Assembly (NCBI GenBank): GCA_964425075.1
Contig: CAYRKM010000001.1
Coordinates: forward strand, 106,137 to 170,136
Direction of reading: 5' to 3'
DNA from: an uncultured Gammaproteobacteria bacterium
GTDB taxonomy: Bacteria; Patescibacteriota; Microgenomatia; Levybacterales; GWA1-39-11
DNA length: 64,000 bases
Shown here: positions 26,601 to 34,501 of the stretch, piece by piece
Position numbering within the stretch: position 1 is the stretch's first letter
Layout of the letters: each line of letters begins with the position of its first letter
Program-made: the position numbers and the translations under genes
The notes under the pieces: model-generated
Databases searched by the model: none
What the model saw: only the letters and a program-made list of their open reading frames with translations
What the model was told of the DNA's origin: nothing

Positions 26601-29577
26601 TGGCACTCCTAGTCTTTGTCTTCTCTCAGGAGCCTCAAATCCAACCTGGAGCACTTGCCCAACCTCAGGAAGTTCTAATTGGACTCTTGATACAGCTGCT
26701 GGTGTGATACGTCCAAACAACAATACAGTTGATTTTCTATTAGGTGGAACAGCAACTGCAAGCGCTAAATTTGCAGTTCTAGGGATTAATGGAGCTACAG
26801 TTCCAACTGCATCACTTTCTGCAACAACCGCTTCCGGCGGCGATGGAAATGGTATTACTCTAAGTGGAGATGGATCAATACAAAGCTTGAGAAATAATAC
26901 ATTAACGCTAGGAGGAGCCACAACTGGAAGTATCCAATTCAAACCAGGCAATATTTCAACTCCTTCACTCTACCTTGCAACCGGCGGAAATGTGGGAATT
27001 GGAATAGCAGCTCCAACAGAACTTCTTCATTTGTATAAAACAACTGGTAATTATGCAACATTACGGTTTGATTCAGGAACTACCCAAGGATATGCCTTCT
27101 CATATGACGGAGATAATAGTGTAAATATAGGAGCAAATAGTAGCAGTCTATTGCACTTAAGAACGAGTAATGCAGCAAGAGCAACAATCCTTGCAAGCGG
27201 AGAATTCGGTATTGGTACTACGACCCCTGTCTCTCAATTACATGTAACAAGGGCGCTCTCCCTTGGAGCAACTGGAAAAGCCTTGGGGATATTTGACCAG
27301 ATAGAGAACCAGGACATCTTTACGGCCTCCTCTGCAGGTATCACGAAGTTTGTTATGGGAAATGATGGAAGAATTGGCATAAATACTGCTGCCTCACCTA
27401 CAGGAGTTAACCCACTTGCAATGCTTCAGGTTTACTCAAGTCTTGGCACTACTCCAGCAGCTTCAATTTCAGCTACAACTGCTAACGCTGTCCTTAGAGT
27501 AGACCAGAATGGAGTTGGGGATTTCATAGTTGCTTCAAAAGCTGGTCAAACATATTTCAAGATAACTGCAAGTGGAGATGCAGAAATTGGAGTTAATGCG
27601 GGTGGAAAACTTAATGCAGGAACCGTTGACCCTCCTTATACTATTGATGGAGAAGGATATGCTACTTATATGCCTTCAATGATAGGTGTAAAGGAAGAAT
27701 ATGCAGGAAAAGCCGTCCTTTCTTATGATTCTCGTGCAGGTGCTTACGTATATAAATTAGACTTCAATAACTTTGAGAGACAATCTGACCAGTGGGTTTA
27801 TAACCGCATTATCGATCCTGATATTTCCAATGTTTCGGTTTTGATGACTCCAAATTCAGCAGCGCGCACATGGTACAAAAAAGATGGTACAAATCGCACC
27901 ATAACTCTATATGCAGATAGACCTGTTGAAATTTCTTATAGATTAACTGCTCCAAGATTTGATCATGATAAATGGAAAACTTATACAGGTATTCCAAAGG
28001 GACATATTGCTCCACCGCCAACAATTAACGGTAGTTCAGAAAACGACAACAACATGGAGGTTGATCCTTACTTTGCAACTCTTTCTATAAATGAAGAAAA
28101 CGGACAATATGTTCTAAAAGATTCATACAATAACAAAGTGAATCATATTGATGCATTCTCAAAAACAATTTCTGCCAAGATTGAGGCGGGATGGGTACAA
28201 GCCAAAAAGATAACTTCTGACACAATTTCTGCAGGAAGTGCTAATTTCAACAACCTTACAGCCTCAACTCTTGCGCTAACGAGTGACTCAATAACAATTA
28301 GTGGCCAAAATCTTCGCGACTTTATAGTTGCGACAGTTCAAAATGCAGGCTTAACTCAAAATGGCAATGAAATTATCTCCCCTCTTGCATCAATTGACAT
28401 GATAAAAACAAATGTAATTTCACCACTTGCTGAAGAAGGTTCAGTTGCTCTTCACATAAATCCAAACGACCTTACTCTTAAAAATACGCAGACAGGTGAA
28501 ACGGTTGCAAAGATTGATAATCAGGGTAATTTAAATGCCCGAAGCGCGAGCTTCTCAGGAACACTTGAATCAGAAGTTGCCTTATTTGACAGTGCAAGCG
28601 TATCAGGCAATTTAGCAACCAACACTCTTCAAGCCAATAATGCTTCAGTTGCTGGAACTTTGAGGGCTGACAAGATTATCGCAAATGATATTGAAGGCAT
28701 TGATAACCGCATCTCATCAATTGCAAACAACCTCATCAATACAGCCTCAGGCTCAGGCAGCTTTACAGATGGAGGCAATTTGGCAGTTGGTTCTCTTAAT
28801 GCCCAATTTGGATTATTTGAGCAAGGAATAGTATCTCTTGGTTCAGGAACATTTACTCAACTTACTGCAATGGACTCTATCTCTATTGGTCAAGGATTTA
28901 TTTTAGGCAATAATTCAATTAATACATTGGGTGCAGATCTAGAAATCCAACCGCTTCGCCAGGGAAATATTTCATTCATGGCGGGACGAGTCACGATTGA
29001 CACCGATGGAAATATGGCGGTAGACGGAAATATTAGCATACAGGGTAATTTGGCTGCCGCACGCGGAATATTTAGCGACACTATAGAATCCCGTGCATTA
29101 GTTACTAACATAATCTCACCACTTGCTGATAAAGATTTGGTGTTCAAGCTTAATGGTGAAAGTTTTGCCTCAAATTCAGGTAAACTTCAAATTCAAAATA
29201 CCCAAGGAAACCAGGTATTGGCAATTAATAACAAGGGAGATATTATCTCTTCCGGATCTGCAAGGTTTGGCAAGCTTAACCTTTCCCTAGTGGGTAAGGC
29301 TGAGGCTATAAATGAAAACGAAGCAGTTGCAACAGGAAGCGCAGGATTTGCAACCCTAAAGAGAGGAAGAACTGAGCTTACTATCATTAATCCAAATGTT
29401 ACTAAGGACTCACTTATTTACGTTACTCCATTTGGGGACACAAGCAACAAGGTCATATATTTATTGCGCCAAACTCCAAATGAACCTGAGAATGGTATAC
29501 AAGGATCATTTACGGTCGGGGTTTCGGGAACTACTACGACACAGGACTTACAATTTAACTGGCTTGTTGTGAATTAA
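20614..29577 (+). CDS. giant (2987 aa) single-pass membrane protein: cytoplasmic N-terminus with two tandem tyrosine-recombinase N-terminal SAM-like (core-binding) domains, one TM helix (~aa 374-396), huge extracellular region with >=5 tandem ~130-aa Cys-pair repeat modules and a C-terminal Gly/Asn/Ser-rich fibre-like region
   Basis: aa ~15-110 and ~135-225 each match the integrase SAM-like/core-binding pattern (LKNYLSDIRHFINWFE..ITAEVIELYIA..MKRHLSSLRKFVSVLKKENLLEENPFEEI; and LTVKNYLSDIKGFASWYE..ISQEIVQEYKDRL..RKLSSLRRYLEFGTNKGFINPGEI). TM is YAHFALLIIFAVGVGVAAYQNLV, preceded by the basic stretch HARYTRPKWYKTYH. Repeat consensus ..NG(I/L)(L/F)YxxGSGVLAQ(A/T)T(A/T)GSxxxCLLSG..NP.WG.CP...(N)WTL....G.(I/L).P.N.T.D.L(I/L)GG.A(T/S)ASAKFA.LN(V/I)AGGTPTASISAN.(G/A)(D/N)N....(L/T)G.G.LATTN(K/R)Q(T/S)LT(I/L)G.S(T/S)T. 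Confidence 0.8.
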   Translation: MEFLELFKRQLTQTSNGISKISLKNYLSDIRHFINWFEYTTGNTFSPKNITAEVIELYIASQGAVISDGNLSTQDKLSPSSMKRHLSSLRKFVSVLKKENLLEENPFEEINQTNEEQNYDYWHFDSFKDYLLQNNASKLTVKNYLSDIKGFASWYEQAILPTLISPLTSTNGAYRISQEIVQEYKDRLFNIQSSAPRTINRKLSSLRRYLEFGTNKGFINPGEIVLPSIQIGKEEAEPVKIQLKDLNQTQTLETKSYSSFPPARLLQKLVIFPYLLLEDAVASKVATIMTGKEMIAGIALSQLDKVKMSTRAIVNAQNQSIDAILGVRNVKKEFYAPHQVQLSGLPFHKKLLYHARYTRPKWYKTYHSYPFVHYAHFALLIIFAVGVGVAAYQNLVGKNQRPTFAAPTAPPRILSFQGRLTDASDNPITSATDIRFAIYNDLSASGAALLWQEVHYVVTPDQDGIFSVLLGTNDAIPSTVFSDNAGTYLGVTINQTSELTPRQRIAAVAYATNSEQLQGMPPITAGGAGTSNVVLALDSSGNLTIGGSAAPTFTASGGQFRLSGQPLVLNTNSSSNGNIVLAPDGLGRIDLQKPLVNSGTSGNITPGGVEVNDKFGVLATESGVASFVINNNGSSDIFTASSSGSPRFTISTTGALTIPTYNTNGGIFYANGSGVVAQTTAGSSGECLQSIGGGTPTWGSCGSGSGSLWRLSSGALSPINDTADVLIGSNATASAKFAFINVAGGTPTASISASSGNNWTTLSGDGILGTTNKQTLSIGNSSTGIIAINSPENSKTSIGTGSTLGTLKISGQSPGKALVNLQYLGSGQNILVASNSAGTNVFTIEEDGDIIVGNAGAGKLTAAIIDPYLIQNQYTSVTPELIFQTMAATSGDFIYKNQSTELARLAQAGQFQLPITGSSGGLVIGADTQLFRGSADRLDLASGDSFNLVSGSIQIGGTTVIDSSQNATFSSLTVTGGCTGCVSASDSPFKVLSGAIVPLNSTLDFTLGGQSSASAKFAVLNIGTGTPTASISANSGDNALYITGDGSLATTNRQSLTIGNSSTYNTTGNVLINSNATGNVGLRTATPTSFNVEFAGSLGPAVDNSSVLGSASRRLNSIYLGDGGLQAVGNAGTSGSVNINTAASAVTVTRYGQRILNNTLNTTTDGIDKYGLYINNTGSFTGLTGTSTNNYSLYISTPSGADNNYSIYSAGGTNYLAGNTGLGTTTPTALLDVAGTASVSGALKLYGTPTIQSTANQTLTLGGDTTGSIVLSPLNGSGTIQLTNFTTNGGLIYTNGSGVLAQTGAGSATQCLLGGTTPTYGSCATGTTVTPFQELTGAIVPNNSTLDFLIGGQATASAKFGILNIAGGTPTASISANNGNIATYLAGDGTLATTNRQTLTIGNSSTYNTTGEVLINPNGTGNVGVGTTSARSKFHVANAYSGQATPNASSILTIENNANAYLSFLTPANVQSGILFGSPTNSAQGQITYNHSSNYLNFYTGGADRARITSTGFGIGMTSPISQLHVSRSAAATGKALAVFDQTESQDIITASASGITKFAITNSGVLQLVGGQTSDIDTLTNATLNIGATNATTISIGRSSQGITLPGFTGQNGILYGTSGTGVLAQATTASTGLCLLSGAANPAWGTCPTTGNSSSNWTLNSTDGTLYPINSTLDVLIGNTASTSAKFAFLNVAGGVPTASISANTADNNTFLTGAGNLATTNKQTLTLGGSTTGGIVIDSGSSSINLADDTSITGNITGSGTTGLTLTGAGAGITFSGSGLHEIGASSGTLRIGTHTLTGAITGGNQNISSIGNISANSSSNTLTGFGTIGTSGTTAFVGTNLTLAGAATDITSGANQDLAITANGTGNLILTTDFDTSVKVGTSNNIMAPLSVSGGIGSNAGFILDQLNDGDLFTASAAGVTKFTFTNGGSLNLTGGQTIDTLASGTLGIGTTTATTLTLGRSGQGITLPGFTGQNGILYGTSGTGVLAQATTGTPSLCLLSGASNPTWSTCPTSGSSNWTLDTAAGVIRPNNNTVDFLLGGTATASAKFAVLGINGATVPTASLSATTASGGDGNGITLSGDGSIQSLRNNTLTLGGATTGSIQFKPGNISTPSLYLATGGNVGIGIAAPTELLHLYKTTGNYATLRFDSGTTQGYAFSYDGDNSVNIGANSSSLLHLRTSNAARATILASGEFGIGTTTPVSQLHVTRALSLGATGKALGIFDQIENQDIFTASSAGITKFVMGNDGRIGINTAASPTGVNPLAMLQVYSSLGTTPAASISATTANAVLRVDQNGVGDFIVASKAGQTYFKITASGDAEIGVNAGGKLNAGTVDPPYTIDGEGYATYMPSMIGVKEEYAGKAVLSYDSRAGAYVYKLDFNNFERQSDQWVYNRIIDPDISNVSVLMTPNSAARTWYKKDGTNRTITLYADRPVEISYRLTAPRFDHDKWKTYTGIPKGHIAPPPTINGSSENDNNMEVDPYFATLSINEENGQYVLKDSYNNKVNHIDAFSKTISAKIEAGWVQAKKITSDTISAGSANFNNLTASTLALTSDSITISGQNLRDFIVATVQNAGLTQNGNEIISPLASIDMIKTNVISPLAEEGSVALHINPNDLTLKNTQTGETVAKIDNQGNLNARSASFSGTLESEVALFDSASVSGNLATNTLQANNASVAGTLRADKIIANDIEGIDNRISSIANNLINTASGSGSFTDGGNLAVGSLNAQFGLFEQGIVSLGSGTFTQLTAMDSISIGQGFILGNNSINTLGADLEIQPLRQGNISFMAGRVTIDTDGNMAVDGNISIQGNLAAARGIFSDTIESRALVTNIISPLADKDLVFKLNGESFASNSGKLQIQNTQGNQVLAINNKGDIISSGSARFGKLNLSLVGKAEAINENEAVATGSAGFATLKRGRTELTIINPNVTKDSLIYVTPFGDTSNKVIYLLRQTPNEPENGIQGSFTVGVSGTTTTQDLQFNWLVVN

Positions 29578-29611
29578 CGAAGTCAATTTAATGATAAATG
29601 CTAAATGATAT

Positions 29612-29995
29612 ATGGTAAACAATAATACAAACAAGTATGCAAATGTAGAGGAATTACCTGTATGGCAAAAGGCTCATGAATTTACTCTCCTAATCTATAA
29701 GCATTCCTCCGTGTTTCCTTCTTCTGAAGTATATGGTCTCACATCTCAAATCAGAAGATCTACCTCATCCATTCCTGCAAATATAAGCGAAGGATTTTAT
29801 AGAAAAAGTACCAAAGAACTTATTCAATTTATTTATAATGCACGTGGCTCTCTTGGAGAGACTCTTTATCACATTCGATTGGCGAAAGATCTAAAATATT
29901 TAGATGAAAAAACATTTTTATTACTTCGTTCAGAAGCTGAAGATATCAGCAAGCAAATGAACGGCTGGTTAAAAAGCTTAAAATCCAAACTCTAA
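29612..29995 (+). CDS. four-helix-bundle protein of the 23S-rRNA-intervening-sequence / Avd (DGR accessory variability determinant)-like family
   Basis: LPVWQKAHEFTLLIYKHSSVFPSSEVYGLTSQIRRSTSSIPANISEGFYRKSTKELIQFIYNARGSLGETLYHIRLAKDLKYL matches the family signature as I recall it (VWQKAH.L.L.IYK....FPK.E.YGLTSQ(I/L)RRAA.SI.(A/S)NIAEG..R.S.KE...FL.IA.GS..E...). 127 aa. Confidence 0.75.
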   Translation: MVNNNTNKYANVEELPVWQKAHEFTLLIYKHSSVFPSSEVYGLTSQIRRSTSSIPANISEGFYRKSTKELIQFIYNARGSLGETLYHIRLAKDLKYLDEKTFLLLRSEAEDISKQMNGWLKSLKSKL

Positions 29996-30052
29996 TTTTA
30001 CTCCTTCATTTACCATCCACCCACTTATTTACCATTCACCATCAACCATTTA

Positions 30053-32185
30053 TCATTTAATTATGTAGCTTATTTCAATTGCTGTAAAACCAGAGCGTAC
30101 AATGGGGTCAAAAACAGGTGGTTTGGGTGAAAGGCTTGGCTTAGTTTCAAACTGTTCAATGTAAAAAACGATGTTTCGGTAAGTATCGGGTTGACGACTA
30201 AAATAAATCGGTAAAATTTGTTTTGATAAACTGTTGTCATAAAAAGATAAAAATACATAAGGCGAATTAATATGATTTTTAGCGAAATTCACGGCGTCTT
30301 CAGTTTCTCTTTGATTTAAACCAAAATTTATTGCATATTCACGAATTGTTTTATCAATACTTGAGGCATCTATAACTTTTCCATATGCAGGCCGCTCAAG
30401 TTTCATATCTGGATTGTAGTTAAAAGATATATTCTCAACGGATTTTCCGTTTGCAACAAAGGAGCCATTATTGCCTAAAGTAATTTTGAAACCTTCCTCA
30501 GGATTGTAGGCAGTATTTACGGAATAAATTGGTATTCCAACGGACACCTTCAAATTTGTTCCCTCTTCTCCGTACAAATATAACGGGCATGTTCCTGAGC
30601 ACATATTTGTAGCATTGTTTACGCAAGAAGCTTGCTCAGCACCATCAGTAAGAGTTCCACAGGCTTGTGCTGCTGCTGTTTGTGTACAGTCCAATTGAGA
30701 AGTATTATTTGCGTTCGTTGATGAAGGGAAATTATTCCTTGCGATTCTTACAGGTGCAAGCGTTGGTTTTACAACAAATGTATCAAGTTGCAATTGTTCT
30801 CTTTGCGGTTTGACTGCGTTTCTACCCAAAACTGCTGAATCAAAAAAATTTGCATCTGTTAGTGCTATGAATTGTATAAAAGAATCATTATGATTTACAG
30901 CTACACGCTCACCTGTTTTTTGGTCAAAAATGGATACCGCACTAAGAGACTGTTCGTATCTTGCTCCAAGATTTCCCATAGCAGATTGACCGGTAGCAAC
31001 GCTTGTTAGTAAGAGTTTTCCGTTAGATAAAGAGGTTTTAATGGTGTTTACAGATGTTTTAGATGAATCATCATACGCAATGTCAAAATCTATCTTTTTT
31101 GAAGAATTTTGACTAAATGAATAGCTGTGTGTTTCAAGAGATTTCGTTGTAGAGTTTACAACTTGGTATAGAATGTCTCCTGTTGTTAAATCAAAAGTAG
31201 CTGAAGTAAAGACATCATCTCCTTGAGCTGTTATTAATTTTGTCCTGCTTTTTGTTGTAACATCTAATGTTTCTATGGTATTTGCAACCGAAAATACTCT
31301 TTTTGCTCCATTCACAATTTGAGTTCCGTCACCTCTCGCCCCATCATAACCCACAAAAACAAATTTTGATTCATCCTCTGAAAGCGTGGGTTGATTAGCA
31401 TAGGTCCCATCTTGCATAGAAGTAAGATCCCCCCTGCTTGTTCCTGTAAAATTAGAAACGCTCATGCCATATGACCATCCCATGCCAGCGTTTGGTATAA
31501 ATTTATTAACATAAATTTCACCACTACTTGTAATTGCAATGGGATAGCGAATTGTGTTTCCGGGAGTTGCAACCTCGTCATAAATTAAGTTTTTTTGTCC
31601 AGGATTTTGTATATCAATGCTATAAATCCTTGATTTTGCGTCTATAAGCTGAGGGGAATCTGAGGCTAGACTTAATTCCCAGGTTGTTATATATCTACCG
31701 TTTTTAGACACAAAGTAGTCATCTATTCCAAAATTCTCTTCTGCAGTTACAATCACTGTTTCTTTTTTAGAAGAAATATCATAAAGAACAAGAGACTTTG
31801 CATAGTCTCGCGCATCTGTATCTTTTAGAAATAAAAGCTCGTTATTCGATAGAACTTTTACGTTCTTAATATTGGTTGGTAGAGTTGCAAGTGTGGCAGC
31901 TGTATTTGTTGAAAGATCCGTAACTTCAATCACAGAGGAGCTTCCTGCCCAATATCCATACACTAAAGCATTATCGGACAAAAATTTTTTTTCAACTGTC
32001 TGTTTTTGTTGGTTTTGAGAAGACTTGCTATTGTTTTGACGGGCTGAATTCCATGCAAACGCGCCTCCAAATAAAATAATCACAACTAGCAAAACCACTA
32101 CTCCTTTTATATTGGTTCTAGGATCTACTTTCTGAAACCAAGAACTTTGGTTGACTTGTACCTGGGGCTGATTATTTTCTTCCAC
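30053..32185 (-). CDS. N-terminally TM-anchored beta-propeller (TolB/WD40-like) protein with Cys-containing conserved C-terminal domain; tandem paralog of 32235..34370
   Basis: N-terminal TM (GVVVLLVVIILFGGAFAW). Repeated propeller-blade-like segments. C-terminal ~110 aa nearly identical to the paralog. Confidence 0.55.
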   Translation of the reverse strand: MEENNQPQVQVNQSSWFQKVDPRTNIKGVVVLLVVIILFGGAFAWNSARQNNSKSSQNQQKQTVEKKFLSDNALVYGYWAGSSSVIEVTDLSTNTAATLATLPTNIKNVKVLSNNELLFLKDTDARDYAKSLVLYDISSKKETVIVTAEENFGIDDYFVSKNGRYITTWELSLASDSPQLIDAKSRIYSIDIQNPGQKNLIYDEVATPGNTIRYPIAITSSGEIYVNKFIPNAGMGWSYGMSVSNFTGTSRGDLTSMQDGTYANQPTLSEDESKFVFVGYDGARGDGTQIVNGAKRVFSVANTIETLDVTTKSRTKLITAQGDDVFTSATFDLTTGDILYQVVNSTTKSLETHSYSFSQNSSKKIDFDIAYDDSSKTSVNTIKTSLSNGKLLLTSVATGQSAMGNLGARYEQSLSAVSIFDQKTGERVAVNHNDSFIQFIALTDANFFDSAVLGRNAVKPQREQLQLDTFVVKPTLAPVRIARNNFPSSTNANNTSQLDCTQTAAAQACGTLTDGAEQASCVNNATNMCSGTCPLYLYGEEGTNLKVSVGIPIYSVNTAYNPEEGFKITLGNNGSFVANGKSVENISFNYNPDMKLERPAYGKVIDASSIDKTIREYAINFGLNQRETEDAVNFAKNHINSPYVFLSFYDNSLSKQILPIYFSRQPDTYRNIVFYIEQFETKPSLSPKPPVFDPIVRSGFTAIEISYIIK

Positions 32186-32234
32186 AGTTAAATAGTAGAC
32201 TTAAAGATATATTCATGTCAAGAAAATTTAATGA

Positions 32235-34370
32235 TTACCTAACGATGGAGCTTATCTCGATTGCTGTAAAACCAAAACGCACAATGGGGTCAAAGACAGG
32301 AGGTTTGGGTGAAAGGTTTGGCTTAGTTTCAAACTGTTCAAAATAGAACACAATGTTTCGATATGTATCAGGATGTATCGAAAAGTATAGAGGTAGGATT
32401 TGTTTTGAGAGATTATCATCATAAAATGAAACGTACACATAGGGGCTTGTAATTTCTTTTGCAAACATCACACTATCTTCTGTTTCCTTTTGATTAAATC
32501 CTAATTTTTCAGAATATTCCTTAATGGTTTGCTTGAGATCTGAAAGTTTTACAATTTTTCCGTAAGAAGGTCTAGATAATTTTCTGATGGCAGATGTGTA
32601 ATCAAAGGAGATACTTTCAACTACACTTCCATTTGCCCGAAACTTCCCATCCGATAAAAGCGTAATATCAAATCCATTTTGAGGTAAATATAAAACATTT
32701 GTAGAAAAAATTGGAGTACCTACAGATACATTTAAACTAACTCCCTGTTGTCCATATAAATATAACGGGCTTCTATAACACGACCCCGATGTTCCATCTG
32801 CATCTGTCCATGATTGAATAAAACACCCGTCTTTTGTGTCAAGACCCGCACACTGCTGCTGCAAAAGATCACTTCCACAACCCCTGTCTATTGGGGTATT
32901 TTGTATAGGACCTTGTTGAGGCGGTTGACTTTGGTTTATTTCTCGCACTGGAGCAAGTGTAGGTTTTACTGCAAATGTTTCCAATTGAAGCTGCTTTCCC
33001 TGAGAATTAATTGATTTATTTGCCTGCTTGTTTGCATTTAAATTAGAAGTTTTAAAGTATTTAGAACCTTTTAAGGCTATAAATTGCACGTACCCACCAT
33101 TTAGGCTAACTCGTTCACTGCTTCCTGATTTTGGAGTAAAAACTGACAAACTACTTATTGATGGTTCATAACTAAAACCTAGATTCCCAAGCGCTGAGTC
33201 CGAAAGAACACTTTCTGATAACAATAAACTCCCTCCCTGAAGAGATGACCGCACCGATCCTCTATTACCTTCCGGAAGGTCAACTTTTTTAGAGGAATGA
33301 GTGTCAAAATAATATTTATTTATGTCCCTGCCAGTTTTATCATCATAAGAAGCGTAAATTATATTTCCGTCTTGTAAATCCCATTGCGCCTTCTGGTAAA
33401 TTCCGTCAATACCCGAAACCAATTTGGTTCTGATTTTTGTATTTGTATCAAAAACTTCAATAGTATTAGGAGTAACAGACGCTCTTCTGTAACCATTCAC
33501 AATTTCCACACCATCCCCTTTACTACCATCATAGCCTATAAAAAGTATTTTTCCCCCGTCCGGTGATATTATTGGTTGGCTTGAATATGTTCCGTTGGCC
33601 ATTGAAGCAATTTCTGACTTAACTGAACCTGTAAAATTGCTCATACTCATACCATAAGCCCAACCCACACCCGAATTTGGCAAAAATTTATCCATAAAAA
33701 TCTCACCATTATCCGTTATTCCAACAGGATAATGCACTGCAATACCTACGGGCGCAGCCTCATCATAAATTAAATTTTTACTTCCTGGTTTTGAAATATC
33801 AACACTATAAACTCTTGAACGACCTCCCGATAGTATTGATGAATTTGGTGCTGGGCTTATTTCCCATATGGCAATATATTTACCATTTGGTGAAACCACA
33901 TATAAATCAATTCCATACCCTGAATCTGTAGTGGATATAACATTCTCAGTACTATCACTAATCCTATAACTAACAACGCTCTTCCCATAGTCAGATGCGT
34001 CAGTATCTTTTATAAAAATTAAATTGTCATCTGAAACAACACTAACCTGCTTGATGTTATTTGGCAAAACGGCAAGTGTGCTGTTTGTGCTTGTTGATAG
34101 ATCTACTGACTCAATAACTGAATTTTTATCAACCCAATAACCATATACTACTGAATTGTCTGCAAGAAATTTTGTCTCTGTAGACTGCTTTTGTTGTTCT
34201 GTCTCTTTTTTTGAAGAATTTCTCTCAGAATTCCATGCAATCGCACCTCCAAACAAAATAATCACAACTAGCAAAACCACTACTCCTTTTATATTGGTTC
34301 TAGGATCTACTTTCTGAAACCAAGAACTTTGGTTCACCTGAACCTGATGAGGCTGATTATTTTCTTCCAT
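32235..34370 (-). CDS. N-terminally TM-anchored beta-propeller protein; tandem paralog of 30053..32185
   Basis: Same architecture. The first ~45 aa and last ~80 aa are nearly identical to the paralog at protein and DNA level. Confidence 0.55.
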   Translation of the reverse strand: MEENNQPHQVQVNQSSWFQKVDPRTNIKGVVVLLVVIILFGGAIAWNSERNSSKKETEQQKQSTETKFLADNSVVYGYWVDKNSVIESVDLSTSTNSTLAVLPNNIKQVSVVSDDNLIFIKDTDASDYGKSVVSYRISDSTENVISTTDSGYGIDLYVVSPNGKYIAIWEISPAPNSSILSGGRSRVYSVDISKPGSKNLIYDEAAPVGIAVHYPVGITDNGEIFMDKFLPNSGVGWAYGMSMSNFTGSVKSEIASMANGTYSSQPIISPDGGKILFIGYDGSKGDGVEIVNGYRRASVTPNTIEVFDTNTKIRTKLVSGIDGIYQKAQWDLQDGNIIYASYDDKTGRDINKYYFDTHSSKKVDLPEGNRGSVRSSLQGGSLLLSESVLSDSALGNLGFSYEPSISSLSVFTPKSGSSERVSLNGGYVQFIALKGSKYFKTSNLNANKQANKSINSQGKQLQLETFAVKPTLAPVREINQSQPPQQGPIQNTPIDRGCGSDLLQQQCAGLDTKDGCFIQSWTDADGTSGSCYRSPLYLYGQQGVSLNVSVGTPIFSTNVLYLPQNGFDITLLSDGKFRANGSVVESISFDYTSAIRKLSRPSYGKIVKLSDLKQTIKEYSEKLGFNQKETEDSVMFAKEITSPYVYVSFYDDNLSKQILPLYFSIHPDTYRNIVFYFEQFETKPNLSPKPPVFDPIVRFGFTAIEISSIVR

Positions 34371-34501
34371 ACTTCTATACTAGAAGTTTTTAACCTATTG
34401 TGTCAACTTTTTGACTTTACCCCGACTAGATCGTGGTTGACCCCGTTAGAAATTTTGAGAAATATTTCCTTTGATTTTTCAAACCAGTTTTTTTAACGGG
34501 G

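Noticed and set aside
22386-26951. Multiple 70-140-aa antisense ORFs inside the giant gene (for example 23640..24059 -, 25617..25922 -, 26559..26951 -)
   Set aside because: They are mirror ORFs produced by the Gly/Thr/Ala/Ser-rich repetitive coding sequence on the plus strand. Their products are low-complexity (Pro/Val/Ala-rich) and they recur in each repeat unit.
20614-29995. Complete diversity-generating retroelement (giant target protein + Avd-like protein)
   Set aside because: No ORF in any frame of the window shows reverse-transcriptase motifs (YxDD etc.), and I could not spot a template/variable repeat pair. Only the Avd-like component is present, so a full DGR cannot be claimed from this window.
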